Shown here: piece by piece, positions 60,516-64,000 of the stretch
Layout: every line of letters begins with the position of its first letter
How positions within the stretch are numbered: position 1 is the stretch's first letter
Assembly: GCA_001662655.1 (NCBI GenBank)
Contig: KV460238.1
Strand: one strand, 5' to 3'
Length of the DNA stretch: 64,000 nucleotides
DNA from: Pseudogymnoascus verrucosus
Taxonomy: Eukaryota
The notes under the pieces: model-generated
Seen by the model: only the letters and a program-made list of their open reading frames with translations
The model's database searches: none
Told to the model about the DNA's origin: nothing
Translations under genes and position numbers: made by a program

Positions 60516-62024
60516 TCAGACCTTGGCATTCCATCTCCATTTATACCCCATGTAGCCAGCGCGAGAAATGCTGCATGCCATAAATGACAAACTCAAAACA
60601 CCAACCAAGAACCAGACCATGGCTTGGGGTCCCACATTTGACTGAAGTGAGCTTCCTATTGGAATTGAAACAAGCGTCCTGCGAGAGATGTGTTAGCAAA
60701 CTCAAACTCCATAAAATATGTCCAATTCAGGGGGTGGAATAGCCCGTACGCAATCGACACAACAGAATCCATGGCTCCTATCCAACGCGCAAAATCATTG
60801 CCCCTACAGAGCTGCCCGACGCAGCCCATAGACAAGGAAACGAAGCTCCCAGTCCCAAAGCCGTATAGGAAGACGAAGATGTAAAGTGCCACCAGCGAAT
60901 TGAGGCCAAACGGCAGCCAAATAAAGAGCATGGAAGCCAAGGTGAAAACTGCCATCAGAAGAAGCATGTTGAACCGGCCGACTTTGTCAGAGAACCAGGA
61001 CGGTATAACACGTCCAAATGTAGAACCACTGTAAGAAAATATCAGATTTGTTTGGTTTTCCCTTTTTGTGTTGGATGTGAGGGACAAACATGTTCATTGT
61101 CATGATAAGGTAGAAACCTGCTCTTTGTCCATACCCAGCATCTGCTGCATAAGTTGGGATTAATCCAAGGCCAATGATGAGTAACAGTTCAAAACCTAAC
61201 CAGCAAAATTGTCAGCATTTTCACTTATAATAAACAGTTTTATCAAACTCACCAAATGCACTAATAGTTAGCCAGTTGAACGTGCTGTCCAAATAGCAAC
61301 GAACATTGACCACGGCGCTGCTGCTGGTTGCCAACAACCGACTACGGCAGAACAAATTGCCAGGGACCAGGCAGAGAAGGACAATTAATCCGAGTGTCCG
61401 CATAGCCATGGGCCAACTGCTCTTTTCAAGGAGAGGTTTCAATATTAGTGGGAACGTGATACCCCCAAGAGCTGAACCCAGCATAGCCAGCCCAGAAGCT
61501 TGTCCACGTCGTTTCTTGAACCAGTGGCTTATAACACCCTGTGAGACTGTTATGAGCGCAGCGGAGGAGAGACCCCCCAAAACCCCAAGACACAGCATGA
61601 ACCCCAAATAATTTGTGCATTGAGCGAGAAGGAAGAAGGTCACGAGGTATCCAATTGATCCAAAGAGGAGGATGTAACGCGCTCCGTATCGATCGAATAT
61701 AGCCCCTGTTTGTATCGACAGTGCAAGTGACAAGAATATAAATACCGACGGTATCCAGGCAATCTTACTTGGACTTGAGTCACTGAGTTGATTCAAAGAC
61801 CAGTGAAGTTGGAACAATCCCACGGATGCTTGGAAGCCAAAGGTTGCAAAAAGCAAGAAAAATGAGCCCAAAACCACAAGCCAGGCGCGGAGGCCTCCAT
61901 CTGGATATGTCTCGTCATCGTGTCGTTTATCTATCTCGCTGGATGGGTTCGTTAGACTTGTTGTTGTCGAACCTTGAACAGTATTAGCATAGCCCGATAA
62001 ATCCCTGGCTAATGTGACGTTCAT
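60516..62024 (-). CDS. MFS monocarboxylate transporter-like protein (Mch family), 4 exons
   Basis: YPDGGLRAWLVVLGSF, GAIFDRYG, SHWFKKRRGQASG and GRVIPSWFSDKVGRFN. The last exon ends ...GYKWRWNAKV* at 60516. Confidence 0.88.
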
Positions 62025-62629
62025 CTTGATATTTGGGGTTGATTGGGCATGTTGACGTGGGTTCATGTGTGCTGGGAAGTTCGGAATTCTTGAGAGCAGG
62101 CATTCAACAGTCAAGGGGTGATAAAGCAAGCTGATAAAGGGACTTTATTTCAACAGTTTTGGAGTAGCAGGAAGTTTCTGGAAATGTTTTTTGGGAAACA
62201 AAGAAAATAGGAGCGCTTAAGTGAATTAACTTACTCTCGCGGCTGGAAAGCAACTTACATGGTCACCATTCGACCAATATAGCCACAAGACACCATAAGC
62301 CAATTCTTTCTGCCTCATAGCCTACCATTTGTAGCAATATAATCGTTATCCTCAATTCTCAATATTAGAATTATAGAAGGGCAACCTTTGCATCGCCAGA
62401 TAATATCATCACAACAGAGAAGACACAGGGAGCCTCAGAGTCACCAAAACGCACACAAGAGGAGGGACAGGCTAGCTACGGCCGTATGAGATACAACGGA
62501 GCAAACTAAAGAGATATTCCAAAAATGACAAGTAACATGACTCGCTATTGAGTATTACACCTACATGAACCCTCACGATCAGAGCAACGCCCTGGTATTC
62601 GGCAGCAGCAGCTAAAATAGTCTTAGTTA

Positions 62630-64000
62630 CTAAGTTCAGGAATGATCCTGGATACGCCCTAGGTCGCTCAAATCAAGGCCATCAATACGTGGTGCGTCTC
62701 AAACATCCCTGAACCCTCGGGACAAAACCAAAGCCCCAATCTTCACAGCTGTCAAATCGGCTGGATGGCAACAGCGGCAATGGCATTGGAGACGCTTCGG
62801 GCCGTTCCTATCGGGACAGATGGCGTTTACCCCTATCAGTGACGTTTTCACTGCAACACAACCAGCTTGAAGAGATGCTGTATGAACCTGGCCGCAGGCA
62901 AATCACCACATTGCTGAAGAGTAACCAGCTCGCTCCCCTGTGGCAGACACCCAAATGCCGATATGCAGGTGTTATCAAATGGGGTATAGGATCTAACACG
63001 GAAAAGCAAACAATCCCTCCTCCAATGAGGGGCGTAGTGTTCCCAACAAGGATTCATATGTGGGTGCATGTCGTATTGTCGGTTGCGGGGAACTGAGCTG
63101 CAGGACCCTCAAACCTGAGACCCAGCCCGTGGCTTTATACTGGTAGACAACGAGATTGGATGTTGTACGCCGGAGCTGAACCAAAGGGTCGGTGCAAACC
63201 AACGCCAGCGACGCAAGGGCGACATGTTTGATGTATAACATGACATATCGCCTGCAGTGAAGCAAACACAATCCGCTGATGGTTTTCTGTTAACAAGCTT
63301 AATTGCTTCTCAATCAAAATCGGCGATGACAAACTCAGGGATGCTGCATGGGCATGGGGAGGGATCAACAGACGCTACAAGCGCACGTTGCCATTTCGGG
63401 ATCTCCGTCAGGGGCTCCGACAGCCCCGGTACATGGTTTTGGTCCCATGCTGCAGCGCCAATAGTAAAACCCCACCAACGTGGTGGGAATGTCTAACTGC
63501 ATATCATGTCTAATTCACACCATATTCAGCGTGTAATGGCCTCCTGTGGCGCAAGGTCCTAACGAACGAGAGCTACAAGAGCTGCATATACTGACACTAG
63601 CTTGGTGACAGTCTCGCATGACACGCAACACTTGCTCTTCAATCACAGCGCCTTCTCCGGGCGCAAATTAGCCGTGTAACAGTGTAGTAACGCTGTGCAG
63701 TAACATCGCCAAGGAGAGTTGTTCATTCCTTTTCATGGTACAGCAGGGCTAAGGCTATTCCGACCATACGGTGTTAGATTAGACTCTGATGATTGAGCCC
63801 ATTGGGTAGCTAGGTCTCTGCTTCCAGGTCCAATAACACCTCGCACCAGCAATTGTGGTATTGTGTGGGCACGGACTAAATGTCGGCTGCACAGTTGGGC
63901 GAATAGTCCAATTCTTAGAATTCTTGGACCAATTTATGTGAGAACAGATGATATTCATCAACCATCGCGCAATGGAAACAATTATATAGGGCATCAGGGT
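62630..64000 (+). pseudogene. Possible heavily decayed fungal-specific transcription factor gene
   Basis: Only fragments in shifting frames (NIAKE-like at about 63700, QQLWYCVG..D at about 63845) resembling the Fungal_trans A..LGLH / RRLWW..Y..D motifs, with many stops. Confidence 0.2.

Overview
Intron-containing DNA from a filamentous ascomycete (style suggests a Leotiomycete such as Pseudogymnoascus; inference only) with about 23 genes or gene remnants. Core genes: hapB, a Pho89/PHO-4 Na+/phosphate symporter, PEX6, a GPI-type GH13 alpha-amylase, 2-hydroxyacyl-CoA lyase with a PTS1, ERG26, an ELMO/CED-12 protein and an MFS monocarboxylate transporter. A complete L-rhamnose catabolic cluster (LRA2, LRA4, LRA1, LRA3, rhaR) is also present. 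The most striking region is an accessory block at about 8.7-21.3 kb. A secreted GH55 beta-1,3-glucanase fused to three LysM domains lies head-to-head with a killer-toxin-like subgroup C GH18 chitinase. After manual splicing, the chitinase ends in a Kex2(KR)-delimited ~306 aa domain with an HNH/His-Me-nuclease-like motif (DHIFE...LGSNTN...LNLVK). A convergent cytosolic gene of unknown function follows. Together these make a candidate fungal polymorphic toxin/immunity locus. Other notable items: an intronless bacterial-type HAD-IIB gene (HGT candidate), an inverted pair of BTB paralogues (one frameshifted), a kinase-like pseudogene next to the rhamnose cluster, several local tandem duplications, and recurrent C-rich to G-rich skew switches. 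All exon models were assembled by eye, and no database searches were run.
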